The notes: a model not told the origin generated them from the sequence alone. 64,000 nucleotides of DNA from Chiloscyllium plagiosum (GCF_004010195.1 NC_057749.1:23241375-23305374), one strand, 5' to 3'; counted from the first letter of the stretch, positions 35,248-48,372 are shown. Made by a program: numbers and translations.

Positions 35248-36911
35248 TTTCTGAAGTGTAAGAAAAATATAAGCACCTAGCACCAGAATGTAGTATTCAG
35301 CTAACATGCAACACCAATATGTGTGTAATTAGATCACCCTCACATCTCTCCAAAAATACAATTAATAGATTAAATCACTTTACCTTCATAGTGGCATGTG
35401 CTTACAGTGCAGATTTGCACTGTAAAATGAATCACAGCTATTCTCATTTATTTACAATGTCAGAGGTTAGCTCCATGAATGAATATGAAGTTTGACTTGG
35501 TTATGAGCAGCGAAGATAACGGAATTGGTTAGCATCAAATTGTCATCCTCGACAAAACTAAAGTTGAATATATCAGCTTAATTTCTAAAGCATGTCACTC
35601 CCACCTCACCACCTCCCTCCATGGATAGCTGGTAAGTTCAGGGGAGTATTGAACTCTTGACTAGGAGGTCTGTATTATCATTTCATTCCTTATTGGGTTA
35701 AGTCAAAGACCTATTTGTAAAAGTGATGTCTGCCAGTTCACCGAAGTATTTGATTGATTAAAATGTAAAACTTTTCTCAAATGAGCTTTTGGTCACCACT
35801 TTCCTAATATCTCCTTCATTGCTGTAGCACCCCTTTGTTTTCAGTTAAATCACTACAAGATGCCTGGGAACACTTATACTGCATGAGAGGAGCTCTGTGA
35901 ATTATTATTGCTGCATGAACTGGGAACCCTAATCATTTACAACATGACTCCCCACCAAAAGCAGCCACCTCTTCCACCACGTCTAACTGCTTCAAACAAT
36001 CCTTGTCCTGTCTCCAATATTTTGAAAAATGATAAGTGAAGTGAGTGGACAAAAGAACATTGTTGAATGATTTTCTTCCCAGCTCTCATTGATTGGCGTT
36101 CCAAGTCTCCAGGTTTGGGCTGGTGTATCCAGGAATTCAAAATCAATAACCAGAACACTGCTGTGTATAGGCGTTGGAGAAACCGACACAGTTTAAAAAA
36201 TTGTTGTTGTTTTGTATAAATGGCTCTCTTTACCAGATGTAAAAATATTGAAAATGGGAAGGAAAGGCTGCTTGGCTGACAATCAACTGATTGATTAATG
36301 AGTCTCTTTTACTTTCCAATTGACGTCGAAAGACAATGCATCACAAGGACGGATGCATTGAGTGATTGATGATTGGACTGGGAGACAACGTCATGTGGTG
36401 AAGCCTCCAGGAAACACTTGGAATCACAACTGGTACTCCTATTCTTGCAGCAAGATCCAGGCGATTCATTGACAATTCTTGAAGATTCCAGAAAAATCCA
36501 GGAGGGGTGGAACCCTTAGTGTTAAGTCTACTTTTATTGAAAGCATGGTATTTAAATAGAACTCGTTTCCACAACCCTTTCAATGGAAAAGCTATTTAAA
36601 AAGCACCAACAAATGCAAGGGAAGGAAAAGATGTCTGTTTGTCATTGAGAGGTCTTTGTCTTTTTGTCTTGACCCATGCTTGACTTGAAATGGCTCCACT
36701 CATGCTTTGTAACAAATTGGCTCTCCCTGGCTCTTAGTGGGTTGCAGCTAGTTACCATCATGACTATCCACTATTCCTCTCCTAATTCATAACAAACCAG
36801 GCAAGAGAAAACAGTATCATTTGATTGCTGTCTGTGAATAGTGATATGGAGGAAAATCTAGCCTTTGGCATTAAATACAAGGCTCTACACAAAAAAAGTA
36901 ACAAAGCTACA

Positions 36912-37192
36912 GGGTGGCATGATGGTTCAGTGGCTACACCTGTTACCTCACACTATCAAGGACCTGGGCTCAATTCCACCCTTCAGCAATTTTCTGGAGT
37001 TTGTACATTATCCCTGTCTCTGTGAGCGGTTTCCTCCCACAGTCCAAATACATGCTGGATTGACTATGCTAAATTGCTCATAGTATTCAAGGACGTGTGG
37101 GTTAGCCATAGGAAATACAGGGATAGAGTGGGATGCTCTACGGAGCATTAGTATGGGCCAAATGGTCTGTTTCCACATTGTAGGGATTCTAT
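36912..37192 (+). mobile_element. HE1-type V-SINE, decayed
   Basis: Head, core and GGGATTCTAT tail recognisable. Confidence 0.75.
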
Positions 37193-37949
37193 ACAGTCTA
37201 GATTGACAGAGAGCCAAGTTGAAGTTCATTAATAACTCCTAATTGGTACACACACTAACAAAACTTTGCACAGCACTTAGCCCTGTTAGACAAGCAATGA
37301 AACATAGATTATACAGACAGCACACAGAATAACCTTTATTAGAAAAATCTCCAAACACATCAGTTGAACAGTTCCGCAATTATCAGTCAGCATGTGGTCA
37401 CTATGACCCACTGCGATCTACTTTATCATGGAATGATCGGCCTCTCGAATGCAGCACTTCCTAATGAATTGGTTTTGGCACAATTTCATCCCTTTATCAC
37501 TCAGGATAGGACAAGAATATCCAGGTTCTATTCCACCAACCCAAAAAGAATTTTTTTTATTAATCACTGTACTGCTGAGAAACTTCAATTAGTTTCACTG
37601 ACCTAATTTAAAAGATTATTCTCTTGAACAGATTGGTTGGATTACTTTTCAATACTTTAACTCAAACGTTGTGATGTAATATCTGTTTTATATGTAAGAA
37701 AAGGCATGGTTGTTTTTATGTGTTCTCAGTTGCAAGTGGAGACAGTATTTTGGAAACAATGGGTTGCAGACATGATGTTGGACACAGTTGGTTAGTGTGA
37801 GGTAGTTGTCATCATAGAATCATAGAATCATTGAGATGTACAGCATGGAAACAGACCCTTCGGTCCAACACGTCTATTCTGACCAGATATCCCAACCTAA
37901 CCTACACCCATTTGCCATGTTTAAGATTGCATGGCAGTGCAGCTTTTTA

Positions 37950-38220
37950 AAAAATTTATTCATTTGCAAGATGTGGGCATTGCTGGCTGAGTCAGCATTT
38001 ATTACCCACCCCTAGTTGCCCCTTGATAACTTGGGGGTGAGCTGCCTTCTTCAACCTCTGCAGTCCATGTGCTGTGGTTTGATCCACAATCCCCTTCAGG
38101 AGGGAATTGCAGGATTTTGACCCAGTGTCAGTGAAGGAACGGTGATATTTTTCCAAGTCAGGATAGTGAGTGGCTTGGAGGGCAACTTGAAGGTGGTGGT
38201 ATTCCTATAAATCTGCTGCG
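37950..38220 (-). mobile_element. L2/Crack-like 3' tail
   Basis: Matches 8640-8893 and 55885-56530. Confidence 0.65.
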
Positions 38221-38221
38221 G

Positions 38222-38351
38222 GGTAAAAACAATGACTGCAGATGCTGGAAACCAAGTTCTGGATTAGTGGTGCTGGAAGAGCACAGCAGTTCAGGCAGCA
38301 TCCAAGGAGCTTTGAAATCGACGTTTCGGGCAAAAGCCCTTCATCAGGAGT
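38222..38351 (-). mobile_element. PLE terminal repeat, family A
   Basis: Reverse complement of 6380-6508. Confidence 0.85.
38316..38351 (-). ncRNA. Minimal type I hammerhead ribozyme motif, intact core
   Basis: Minus strand ACUC-CUGAUGA-A-GGGC-UUUU-GCCC-GAAACGUC/GAUU: conserved core, 4-bp stem II, palindromic ACGU stem III, GUC cleavage triplet; stem I weak. Confidence 0.75.
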
Positions 38352-38665
38352 TGGGGAGTCCAGATCTAGCGGGCATAGGTTTAGGGTGAGAGGAGAAAGA
38401 TATAAAAGAGACCTAAAGGGCAACCTTTTCACACAGAGGGTGGTGAGTGTATGGAATGAGCTGCCAGAGGAAGTGGCGGAGGCTGGTACAATTGCAACAT
38501 TTAAAAGGCATCTGGATGGGTATATGAACAGGAAGGGTTTGGAGGGATATGGGCCGGGTGCTGGCAGGTGGGACTAGATTGGGTTGGGATATCTGGTCGG
38601 CATGGACGGGTTGGACCGAAGGGTCTGTTACCATGCTGTACATCGCTATGACTCTATGACTCTAT
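38352..38665 (+). mobile_element. CR1/HER1 3' end
   Basis: GHRFRVRGERYKRDLKGNLFTQRVVSVWNELP; (GACTCTAT)n tail. Confidence 0.9.
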
Positions 38666-39339
38666 AACACAAAGCATAGGGAAAACAAGAGAGTAGATGA
38701 ATCCGAATGGTGTTGGAGGGGGAGACAATACACTCCGGCCCCTGTGGTGTTCACCTTCCCCCCTCCCTCAGTACACTGCTGGGGGGTTATTCGTCTTTCA
38801 GTTCAGAGATGCTATCACCACCTCTGGATGTCATTTTTGAACCACCAAATCACCTACGTTACTAATTAAAAGAACAATGATGAACAACCAGAGGCCTATT
38901 CTGAGGACTGCCTACCCCTGAAAAGTACAACAGTAGTGTTCTTAATAAGCTCGATAACTGTTGCAATTTGCCTCATGATTCTGAATCACAGCAGAGATTG
39001 TTCTTAAATACCTGGGGCTCTTGTAAAGCAGGGGTATAGCATGTCTCTGGCTCAGAGGTCCAAGTACAAATCCTGGTGATGTGTTGCAGATGCACTGACC
39101 TTGCTGACCTGCCAGTATCGGGAATGGAGGTGTTAGATGGGGTATGCAGCCATTGGATTCATCTGCCACATTGCTTCCAATCCAATCTGGCCCTTAACAG
39201 TGCAGCTCTTTGTGTCTGATGGAGCACTGGGGTAAGTGTGGGTAGGATCTGACTATGATAGTTCCTTATTGTATTTGCAACCTTGGTTCCAATTACTGTA
39301 AACCAGGAGGGAAAAATAATCAGCATGATCTTGTGTACA

Positions 39340-39665
39340 TGATTTGGAGATGCCGGTGTTGGACTGGGGTGTACAAAGTTAAAAATCACACAACACCAGA
39401 TTATAGTCCAACAGGTTTATCAGGTGATTATCAACTACCAGCACCTCCAAATCATGACTACTATCGACATCACGGACTGCCAGCTCAAAGTGGAGAGGAT
39501 CTCCAAGAAGATTGCACATAGCAACACAGACATCAAGTTTCTACAGAAATGCAGGAAAGCAGGAAAGATCCCGACAACCACCTGATGAAGGAGCGTCACT
39601 CCGAAAGTTCGTGCTTCCAAATAAACCTGTTGGACTATAACCTGGTGTTGTGTGATTTTTAACTT
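39340..39665. mobile_element. Rearranged PLE, family B: inverted terminal repeats enclosing the ORF N-terminus
   Basis: Inverted arms AAAGTTAAAAATCACACAACACCAG / CTGGTGTTGTGTGATTTTTAACTTT; ATG at 39454 gives MTTIDITDCQLKVERISKKIAHSNTDIKFLQKCRKAGKIP; TGAT(C/T)TTGTGTACA at 39326 and 39666. Confidence 0.8.
39579..39613 (+). ncRNA. Minimal hammerhead ribozyme motif, family B
   Basis: CAC-CUGAUGA-A-GGAG-CGUCA-CUCC-GAAAGUUC/GUG: stem I CAC:GUG, stem II GGAG:CUCC, core intact. Confidence 0.75.
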
Positions 39666-39779
39666 TGATTTTGTGTACAGTTATAGCCTGGATTGGATCG
39701 CAGGAACAACGATGGCATCTTGAATTGGGAAGCTCAGGCTTTGCCCTTGCCCTTGACCTTGAATGGTGCGTGATCTAAA

Positions 39780-40557
39780 GAACGGAGAACAAAATAAAAA
39801 TTACAGCCCTGGAACAGGCCCTTCGGCCCTCCAAGCTTGAGCCAATCCAAATTCACTGTCTAAACCTGTTGCCCAATTCCTGTCTCTCTGCTCCCCATTT
39901 ATTCATGCATCTGTCCAGATGTATCTTAAATGAACCTACCGTGCCTGCCTCTACCACCTCTGCTGGCAATGCGTTCCAGGCACCTACCACCCTCTGTGTA
40001 AAGTACTTATCGCATGTAACCCCCTTAAACTTTTCACCTCTCACCTTGAACATGTGACCTCTCGTTACTGAATCCTTCACCCTGGGAGAAAGTTTATCTC
40101 CATCTACCCTGTCTATACCCTTCATGATTTTGTAAACCTCAATCAGGTCCCCCCTCAGTCTCCTTTTCCTAATGAAAACAAACTTAACCCACTGAACCTC
40201 TCTTCATAGCTCGCACCTTCCATACCAGGCAAAATCTTTATAAACCTTTTCTGCATCTTCTCCAAAGCGTCCACATTCTTTTGGTAATGCGGCGACCAGA
40301 ACTGTACACAGCATTCTAAATGCGGCCAAACCAATGTCTTGTACAATTTTAACATGACTTGCCAGCTCTGATACTCAATACCCCGTCCGATGAAAGCAAA
40401 CATACCATATGCCTTCTTGACCACTCTTGCCACCTGTGCAGCAACCTTCAGGGTAAAATGGACCTGAACTCCTAGATCTCTCTGCTCATCAACTTTTTCC
40501 AAGGCTCTTCCGTTTACTGTATAATTCACTCTAGAATTAGACTTCCCAAAATGCATC
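39780..40557 (-). mobile_element. CR1 3' part
   Basis: MHFGKSN, EQRDLGVQVH, PHLECCVQFWSPHY, FTQRVVGAWNALP. Confidence 0.95.
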
Positions 40558-40684
40558 TGTGTGAAGCAAGTGCATTAATTGCAAGAGACTTCTCTCTTCA
40601 CTTAGCTGAGATGTCCTAAGCAGTCATTAAAACAGATGCCCTTTTGCAAACTCTAAAATTTGAGTTGCTACATTTATCATAAAG

Positions 40685-41015
40685 ACATGGAAAATGGGTG
40701 CAGCAGTAGGCCATTTGGTTCTTGGAGCCTGCTCCTTTGATCTCTTCAGTCCCGTCTAACTCCCTACTGAAAACGTGCAATATTTTGGTCTCAACCGATT
40801 ATGGTGGCAGAGAATTCCAAAGGCTTCTCTTTCTCTGGATGAAGAAGTTTTTCCTCACCTCAGTCCCTAAATGGCTAACCCCGAATCCTGAGACTATGAC
40901 TCCTGCTTCTAGACTCCCTGGTCATCAGGATCATCCTTCACACATTTACCTTGTCTAGTCCTGTTAAAATTTCAAATGTTTCCCTGAGATTCCCCTCATT
41001 CTTCTAAACTGCAGT
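40685..41015 (-). mobile_element. Decayed CR1 3' fragment
   Basis: GGCAGAGAATTCCAAAGG and GAAGAAGTTTTTCCTCACCTCAGTCC typical of minus-strand CR1 ends in this window. Confidence 0.65.
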
Positions 41016-41665
41016 GAACATATTCTTAACTCATTTAGTTTTTTTTGCTGCATAGTGTGTATCTGTATCAGTGTAATTTCCCTTTTAAATAGATATTTCT
41101 ATTTTACTCTGTTCCATTAGAATTTGTGCATTCTATTATTAGTGTTGCATTATAAATTGCAATTTGCAGATGTGCATTTATATATTGAAATATTTATTGT
41201 TAGGTAACATATATCTCCTTCTCAATACAAATATCAGGTTATAGATGTTTAAACGGCTTTAAACCAAAAAACTGCCATTTGAGATATTTTTGAAAATAAG
41301 TAAAATTTTATATTGTATCATCTTTCCCTGAAGATATATCTTAAAAATGTTTTGCCTATAATTGGGAGATAAAGAGGTCATTCAACAGGAACTAGTGTGT
41401 GAACTCTCCTTCATTCCTGCAGGCCCTGATCAGACAATTTTTTCTGTCTTGAGTTAGTTTAACCTAGTTTATGTACAGGAGGACAGTTCAAGGGAACAGT
41501 TTTCATGAGCAAGCTTAAGTTTGCCTGGTCTATCCAGACTGAGATATTTCCAACAGGTTTCACTGAAGATGATCTAGAAAATCCCAAAAGACCATAATAT
41601 CATTAGAAATAGGAACAGGAATAGGCCATTCAGCCCACTGAGTCTGCTGCACCTTTCAATAACTA

Positions 41666-42012
41666 ATCATAGAATCCCTACAGTGTGGAAGCAGGCCATT
41701 CAGTCCATCAAGTTCACGTCGACCCTTCAAAGGACATCCCACACAGTCCCAACCCCCTATCCTATTCTTGTAACCCTGCATTCCTCCTTACTAATCCACC
41801 TAACCTGCACATCTCTGAACTCTACAGGGCTGTTTACCATAGCTAATCCACCTAAACTGTACATTTTTGGACTGTGGGAGGAAACTAGAACACCCAAATG
41901 AAACCCACGCAGACACAGGGAGAATGTGCAAACTCCATACAGACAGTCACCCAAGGCTGGAATCGAACCTAGGTACCTGTGAGGCAGCAGTGCTAACCAC
42001 TGAACCACCATG
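41666..42012 (-). mobile_element. HE1-type V-SINE
   Basis: Near full length, inserted in a decayed minus-strand CR1. Confidence 0.85.
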
Positions 42013-42190
42013 GCTGATCCAATTGTGGCCTCAATTTTCTGCCTATCCCCATAACCCTTGCAGATCAAAGCTCTGTCTAATTCAGTCTTGAATGTATTCA
42101 ACGATTCAGACCCCACTGCTTCTGCAGGAAAGAACTTGCAAGGCGAATGACCCCGGAGAGGGAAGAAATTGCTCCTCAGCTCACTTAGAC

Positions 42191-42500
42191 TGGCACTGTA
42201 GCACAGTGGCTAGTACTGCTATGTCAGTGCTAGAGATCTGGATTCAATTCCACCCTCAGGCAACTGTCCATGTGGAGCTTCCCCCGTGTCTGCGTGAGTT
42301 TCGTCTGGGTGCACCGGTTTCCTCCCACAGTCCAAAGATGTGCAGGGTAGGTGGATTGACCATGCTAAATTATCCTGGGCTGTCCAGGGATGTGCAGGCT
42401 AAGTGGATTAGCCATGGGAAATGTAGGGTAAGAGGGCTGGTGGGATGCTTTTCAGAGGGTTGGTGCAGAATTAATGGGCACATGCCAGGGATTCGATGAT
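42191..42500 (+). mobile_element. HE1-type V-SINE
   Basis: Core GGTGCACCGGTTTCCTCCCACAGTCCAAAGATGTGCAGG. Confidence 0.8.
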
Positions 42501-43215
42501 TCGGTTTTCAATGGGACACTCTTTATTTTGAAACTGCGTCCTGGATTCTAATTTCCCCCACAAGAGGAGTCTTCTCTCCGCCTTCACTCTGTCAAGTCTG
42601 CCCAGAACCTTGAAGGTTTCAAAAAATCTCTTCTCATTCTTTGAATTACTCATGCATATCGACCCAGGCTACTCAGGTTTACCGTATCAGACAATTCCTT
42701 CCTGTCAGGAGTTATCCAAGTGAACATATTTTGAATTGTATCTAATGTGAGGATAGCTCTCCTTAAATAAAAAGCCCAAAACTGTACTCAATGCTCCAGG
42801 CACAGTCTTACCTAAGCCATTTTTAGGCGCAGCACAAATACCTCACAATTATGTTCCATCTCCCTTGCAATCAAGGCCACAGCCCATTTGCCTTTCTAAT
42901 TATTAAATGTATCTTCACGGTAAGTTTTGGTGACTTATACGCAAGGTCATCCATTGCATTCTGCAGTCTCTATCCACTCAAGAAGGGTCACTGGACCCAA
43001 AATGCTAATTCTGCTTTCTCCCCACAGATGCTGCCAAACCTGTTGAGCTTTTCCAGCGATTTCTTTCTGATTTCCAGCATCCCCAGTTCTTTCGGTTTTT
43101 ATTTTGTGTCGACAAAATTCTTCTTTTCCATCCTTGTGATCAAAATGGACTACCTCATATTCTCCTTCAATCTGCCAAATGTAATTTGTCTACTCCCTTT
43201 TGCAGACTTTTCTTG

Positions 43216-43505
43216 GAATTCCTACAGTGTGGAAGCAGGCCATTTGACCCACGAAGTCCACACTGACCCTTCATAGAGCATCCCAATCAGACCCACCCCA
43301 TCCATATAACCCTGCATTGCCCATGTCCAATCCACCTAATCTGCACATCTTTGGACTGTGGGAGGAAACCTGAGCACCCAGAGGGAATCAACACAGACAC
43401 AGGGAGAATGTGCAGACTCCATACAGACAGTCACTTGAGGGTGGAATTGAACCTGGGTCCCTGGCATTGTGAGGCAGCAGTGCTAATCACTGAGCCACCA
43501 GCCAC
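43216..43505 (-). mobile_element. HE1-type V-SINE
   Basis: Matches other copies. Confidence 0.85.
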
Positions 43506-44054
43506 CCCTTCACTGCTCTTACCTCCTCACAACTTGCTCCCTTACTTATTGTTGTATCATCACCAAATTTGGTTACAGTCCAGGAGCAAATTATTGTGCT
43601 TGCTGGAACCTGTCCTGAAAACAAAAAATGCTGGAGATTCCAATGTGACAAGTAGCATCCGTGGAGAGAGAGCAAGCTAACGTTACCAGTGTAAATGGCT
43701 CCTCGTTATTATTAAAGCAAAGTTGTATTATTATTTAAGTGGTTTATGTTGTAAATAAAATATAACAGTGATGTGCATTACGATACCCCTGCATTACAAT
43801 CCCATTACTTAGTAAGCTTTTTACATTTACATAATGTGGACCTCTTGATTAAGCAGAATATTTGATTCATCAGCTCACACCTGGTCTCATAGGTGCCAGT
43901 TAATAAAATGTCTGCAATACAAACATATCGAGTTTATTGCTTCTTCTTTATCTATCCTGCTGGTTGCATTCTTGAAGAACTCTAATAAATATGTCAAACA
44001 TAATTTCCCTTTCACAAAACCATGTTGACTCTGCCTGTTTGTGCTTTGGTTTTG

Positions 44055-44277
44055 GGGTGCTGAAAAAGCACAGCAGGTCAGTCAGCATCTGAGGAGCAGG
44101 CAAATTGATGTTTCGGGCATAAGCTCTTCATCAGGAATGAAGGAATCATTCCCGTTGCAGGGTTTATGCCCTAAACATCGACTCTCCTGCTTCTCGGATG
44201 CTGCCTGACCTGCTGTGCTTTTCCAACACCCCACTCTCGACTCTGATTTCCAGCATCTGCAGTCCTCACTTTCTCCC
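44055..44277. mobile_element. Fold-back PLE mini-element, family A, with 15-bp TSD
   Basis: About 85-bp inverted arms meeting at GGAATGAAGGAATCATTCC; flanks TGTGCTTTGGTTTTG (44040) and TGTGCTATGTTTTTG (44278). Confidence 0.8.
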
Positions 44278-44659
44278 TGTGCTATGTTTTTGTCAATGTC
44301 CTGCTGCTACCTAGTTAAAAATGGATTAGCGTTTTCCCAATGACAGATGTTGGACTAGCTGACCTGTGCTTTTCTGCTCTCTGAGTCCCTCATTATTTGA
44401 ACAAAGGCTTTACATTTGCATTTTCCAATCAGCAGGGACATTATAACCAATGCACCTTCTATCACTGTAAACACTTCATCCAAAACTATAGGATGAAGCC
44501 ACCACATCTTGAGGTTTATTGGTTTTTAATCAGATTATCTTTCGCAGTACTTTTTCTCTGATAATCCAGGTTTTCGATGTTTCTCTCTCCCTTTAGCCTA
44601 TTGATACTTCTAATATTCTTGGAATCCTTTTATTTTCTTGTATCATGAAGTGTACATGG

Positions 44660-45690
44660 TCAGAATTCAGACAACACCAGATCACAGTCCAACAGGTTTA
44701 TTTGTAATACAGGCTTTTAGAGCATAGCCCCTTCATTGGGTGAAGTGAGAGAGAAGCACGCAAGGCACGGAATTTATAGGTAGAGAAATTAAAAGATCAT
44801 ACAAATGGTGTGAGTGGAGTATCGAGAGGCTGAATAACAAGTCTCTGCAGATGATCAAGAGTGTCAGACAGTGTGAGTAAAGTGTCAACAGCTGAATAAC
44901 AAGAGAAGGGGTGACCTATATTCTGTTAAAATGAGCCAGTGAGGTATTTATAAAAAATTAAAAATAAGGTGGTGCTGGAGACAAACCAAATGACTGGGAT
45001 TGCATAATACGTATAAGAGTCGCATGGTGAGGGTCTAACCACAATAGTAAGTAATCCAAAGCATTACAAACTAATTAAGGGAGAGAGATCACAACAACTT
45101 ATCAAGGTGATGGTGTCAAAACAGGACAGTAAGAAGATTTTACAGAAACAGAACAGTTTGGTGGGGTTACATGTAGCATGGCATGAACCCAAGATCACAG
45201 CTGAGGATGTCTTCATGGGTACAGAACTTGGCTATCAGTTTAAGCTCAGCGATTTTGCATTGTTCTGCATCTCAAAGGCTGCCTTGGAGGGCGCTTACCT
45301 GAAGATCAAAGTTTGAATATCCCTTGACTGCCAATGTGTTCCCCGAATGGAAGGGAACATTTCTGTCTGGCGATTGTTGCATTGTGTCCATTCATCCACT
45401 GTAGTAGCGTCTGCGTGGTTTCGCCAATGTACCATGCCATGGGGCATCCTTGCTTGCAGCATATCAGATAGATGACATTAGCCGAGTCACATGAGTATCT
45501 GCTGTGCACGTGGTGGGCGGTGTCTCCACATGTAATGGTAGTGTCCATGACGATGAGCTGACATGTCTTGCAGTGGTTGCCATGATAGGGTTGTGTGGTG
45601 TTGTGGTCAATGTTGCCCTGAAGGCTGGGTAGTTTGTTGTGAACGATGGCCTGTTTAAAGTTTGGTTGTTATTTGAAGGCGAGCAGTGGA
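44660..45690 (-). mobile_element. PLE family B 3' part with GIY-YIG endonuclease pseudogene
   Basis: SCDSANVIYLICCKQGCPMAWYIGETTQTL (VIY..YIG with Cys/His, typical of PLE GIY-YIG); terminal repeat at 44660-44745 matches 39370-39420. Confidence 0.9.
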
Positions 45691-45719
45691 GGCGTAGGGA
45701 TGATCTTGGAGAGATGCAT

Positions 45720-46300
45720 GCAATGTATATGAGCAAGGACGTGATATTGAACTTATGTAAGAGATTTATTACACCTCAGCTGGGGAATTGCATACAGCTT
45801 TGGGTGCCCCATTATCTTAAAGATGAGAACACATTGAAGGGACACAGAAGAGGATTTCATGAAGTGATCCAGAGATGAGAAACATCAGTCATGAAGATAG
45901 ATTGAAGAAGTTGGGACCGTTCTCCTTGGAGAGAAGAAGGCTGAGAGGAAATCTGATAGAGGCTTTCGAAATCATGAATAGAGTAAATGAGGAGAAACTG
46001 TTTCATTCATGAAGGGAACAACAAGAGGGCATAGATTTAAAGTGATCTTCTAAAGAAGCAAGGGTAAAGTGAGGCAAATCTTTTTCACTTAGTTAGTAGG
46101 TAGGGTCTGGAATGTACTGCTTGGAAATGTGGTGGAGCCAGGTTCAACTGAGACATTCAGAGAGTGCATTAGATGATCACTTGGATAAAATCAAGCTCCA
46201 GAGAATGGAGAAAAACCAGGAGATTGCCCTAGGTAATGATGCTCATTTAACAAGCCAGCGCAGGCAGGATGGGCCAACTGGCTTCCTTCTGTGCCTTAAC
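45720..46300 (+). mobile_element. Decayed CR1 3' part
   Basis: PQLGNCIQLWVPHYLKD; TTCTCCTTGGAGAGAAGAAGGCTGAGAGG. Confidence 0.75.
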
Positions 46301-46304
46301 AATG

Positions 46305-46612
46305 GGGATGGCACAGTGGTTAACACTGTTGCCTCCCAATGCCCCAGGTACCTGGGTTTGATTCCCACGTCGGGCATCTGTCTGTGTAGAGTTTGCATGG
46401 ACCTCTCATGTCTGCGTAGGTTTTCTCTGGGGGCTTTCATAATCCAAAGCTACGCAGGTTAGGGTGAATTGACCATGTGAAATTGCCACAGTGTTCAGGG
46501 ATGTGTAGGTTAGATACTTTAGTTAGGGTAATACGGTGGGTGAATCTTTGGAGGGTTGGTGTGGACTTGTTGGGCTGTAGGGTCTGTTTTCACATTGTAG
46601 GGATTCTATGAT
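46305..46612 (+). mobile_element. HE1-type V-SINE
   Basis: Head, core and tail recognisable. Confidence 0.8.
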
Positions 46613-46737
46613 TATAATTCCATGAGTCTGTGAAGACAAAATACCTGCAGAAAGTCTCCGGCGTTTCCTTCCTGTTATTAATTATACAGTCTCACTCTCT
46701 GAACTCTGAGAGTTCACTTAAACTGCGAAAGGAGATG

Positions 46738-47066
46738 GGGCTGGTTCAGTGGTTAGCACTGCTGCCTCACAGCACCAGGGACAGAGATTCAATTTCACCC
46801 TCGGGTGACTGTCTGTGTGGAGCTTGTATATTCTTGGGCGGGTTTCCTCCCACAGTTCAAAGATGTGCAGTTGAGATGGATTGGCCATGCTAAATTGCCC
46901 ATAGTGTTCAGGGATGAGCAGCTTAAGTGGACTTGTCATGAGAAATGCAGGATTAAAGGGAATAAGGTCAGGGGAGATGGGGCTCGGTGGGATGCTCTTC
47001 AAAGGATCAATGTGGACTCAATGGGCTGAATGGCCTACTTCCACACTGTAAGGTTTCTACTCTATG
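46738..47066 (+). mobile_element. HE1-type V-SINE
   Basis: TGGTTCAGTGGTTAGCACTGCTGCCTCACAGC head. Confidence 0.85.
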
Positions 47067-47812
47067 AGACAAGAATTAGAGACAGGAATGAAGCCATTCA
47101 TCTCTCAAGGTGCACCACCATCCAAATAGAACGTGGATGATCTGATTGTGGCCTTGGCTCCTCCTTTAGCTATTCCTGTCCATATGAAGACTTCATGTCA
47201 ATATCACACAAATACAAGGCTAATTTAGTTCTGCTTTCTGATTATAATTGATGTCCCTGGTTCCACTAGCAGAGCTTCAACATCCAGGCTTCTTTCAAAG
47301 TACATTGCAATGGATTATCCAGTCTTGAATGACTTGAATCTCAATGTTTTGCTCAGGAAGCTGGCTTTATATAACGTTGCAAACTCAGATTAGCAAATAG
47401 GTGTGCAAGCTCCATTCATGCATTGAACATAGCAGAGATATTTGGGGAACCAGTGGCTTTGAAAAGTTCTTAAATCAAAAATAATCCTGGAAACAGGAGT
47501 GGGAAGCAGAAAACAAAGGAGCAAATCTGTCACTTCAATGGGCGCAAACCTCCAGGTTTCAATAACGGAGGATAGAACTTCTCAAATTAAGAGCTGTGTT
47601 CAAAATAGTCCTGGGTTCTGTTGCCAGGGGAACCTATTAAATCACTCACATCCATAGCTCCTGGGAGCAAGCACAATCAGAACTTTCAAGTTTCAAGAAT
47701 GCTGGCAAGTTAAGAGTGTGCAGAATTTCCAACCCCAACTGCATGATCATACCACCCTGCAAAGGAAGATCCCAAAACCTGCTTCTATGCTGTTGCATGG
47801 AAAATCTCCAAC

Positions 47813-48063
47813 TCTCACACACACACACACACACATAAACACTCACACACACATACACATACACACACACTCTCTCGTTCACATACACTCACACACACAC
47901 AGACTCACACACACACACTATCTCTCGCTTTCTCTCTCACACAGACACACTCACAATGCACACACACAGACACACACACACAAAGACACACACTCACTCA
48001 CTCACACACACACTCACAATACACACACAGACACGCACACAGACACAGACACACACGCACACA
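47813..48063. repeat. Imperfect (CA)n microsatellite
   Basis: Visible directly. Confidence 0.95.
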
Positions 48064-48372
48064 AACTGGGCACATTGAGAACACTGCTAACTGAACCGCT
48101 TGATGTGCTTTATGTACTCAGACAGGCTGGACAGGACAGGGCAAGTTGGAACTTGGCTGGATCTTCCCCATTCTAATGTCTGGCACAGCCACTTTGGGGA
48201 ACAGAGCTCCCAGAAGAATGGCCAACTAGAGTGGGGGCTCACAATTCTCACAATTAGGACAATGTAAATGGAATGGTCTCAAAGCTCTGAGGCAAGAGCT
48301 CATGGAGAAAGTGAAAGATGGAGAAGTTAAGGATTTGTTGAGGTGTGAGACCAGACAGAAAGGGAATTTGAT

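Noticed and set aside
35944..36040. Short frame MTPHQKQPPLPPRL with an SH3-ligand-like motif
   Set aside because: About 30 codons, upstream in-frame stop, no convincing splice sites.
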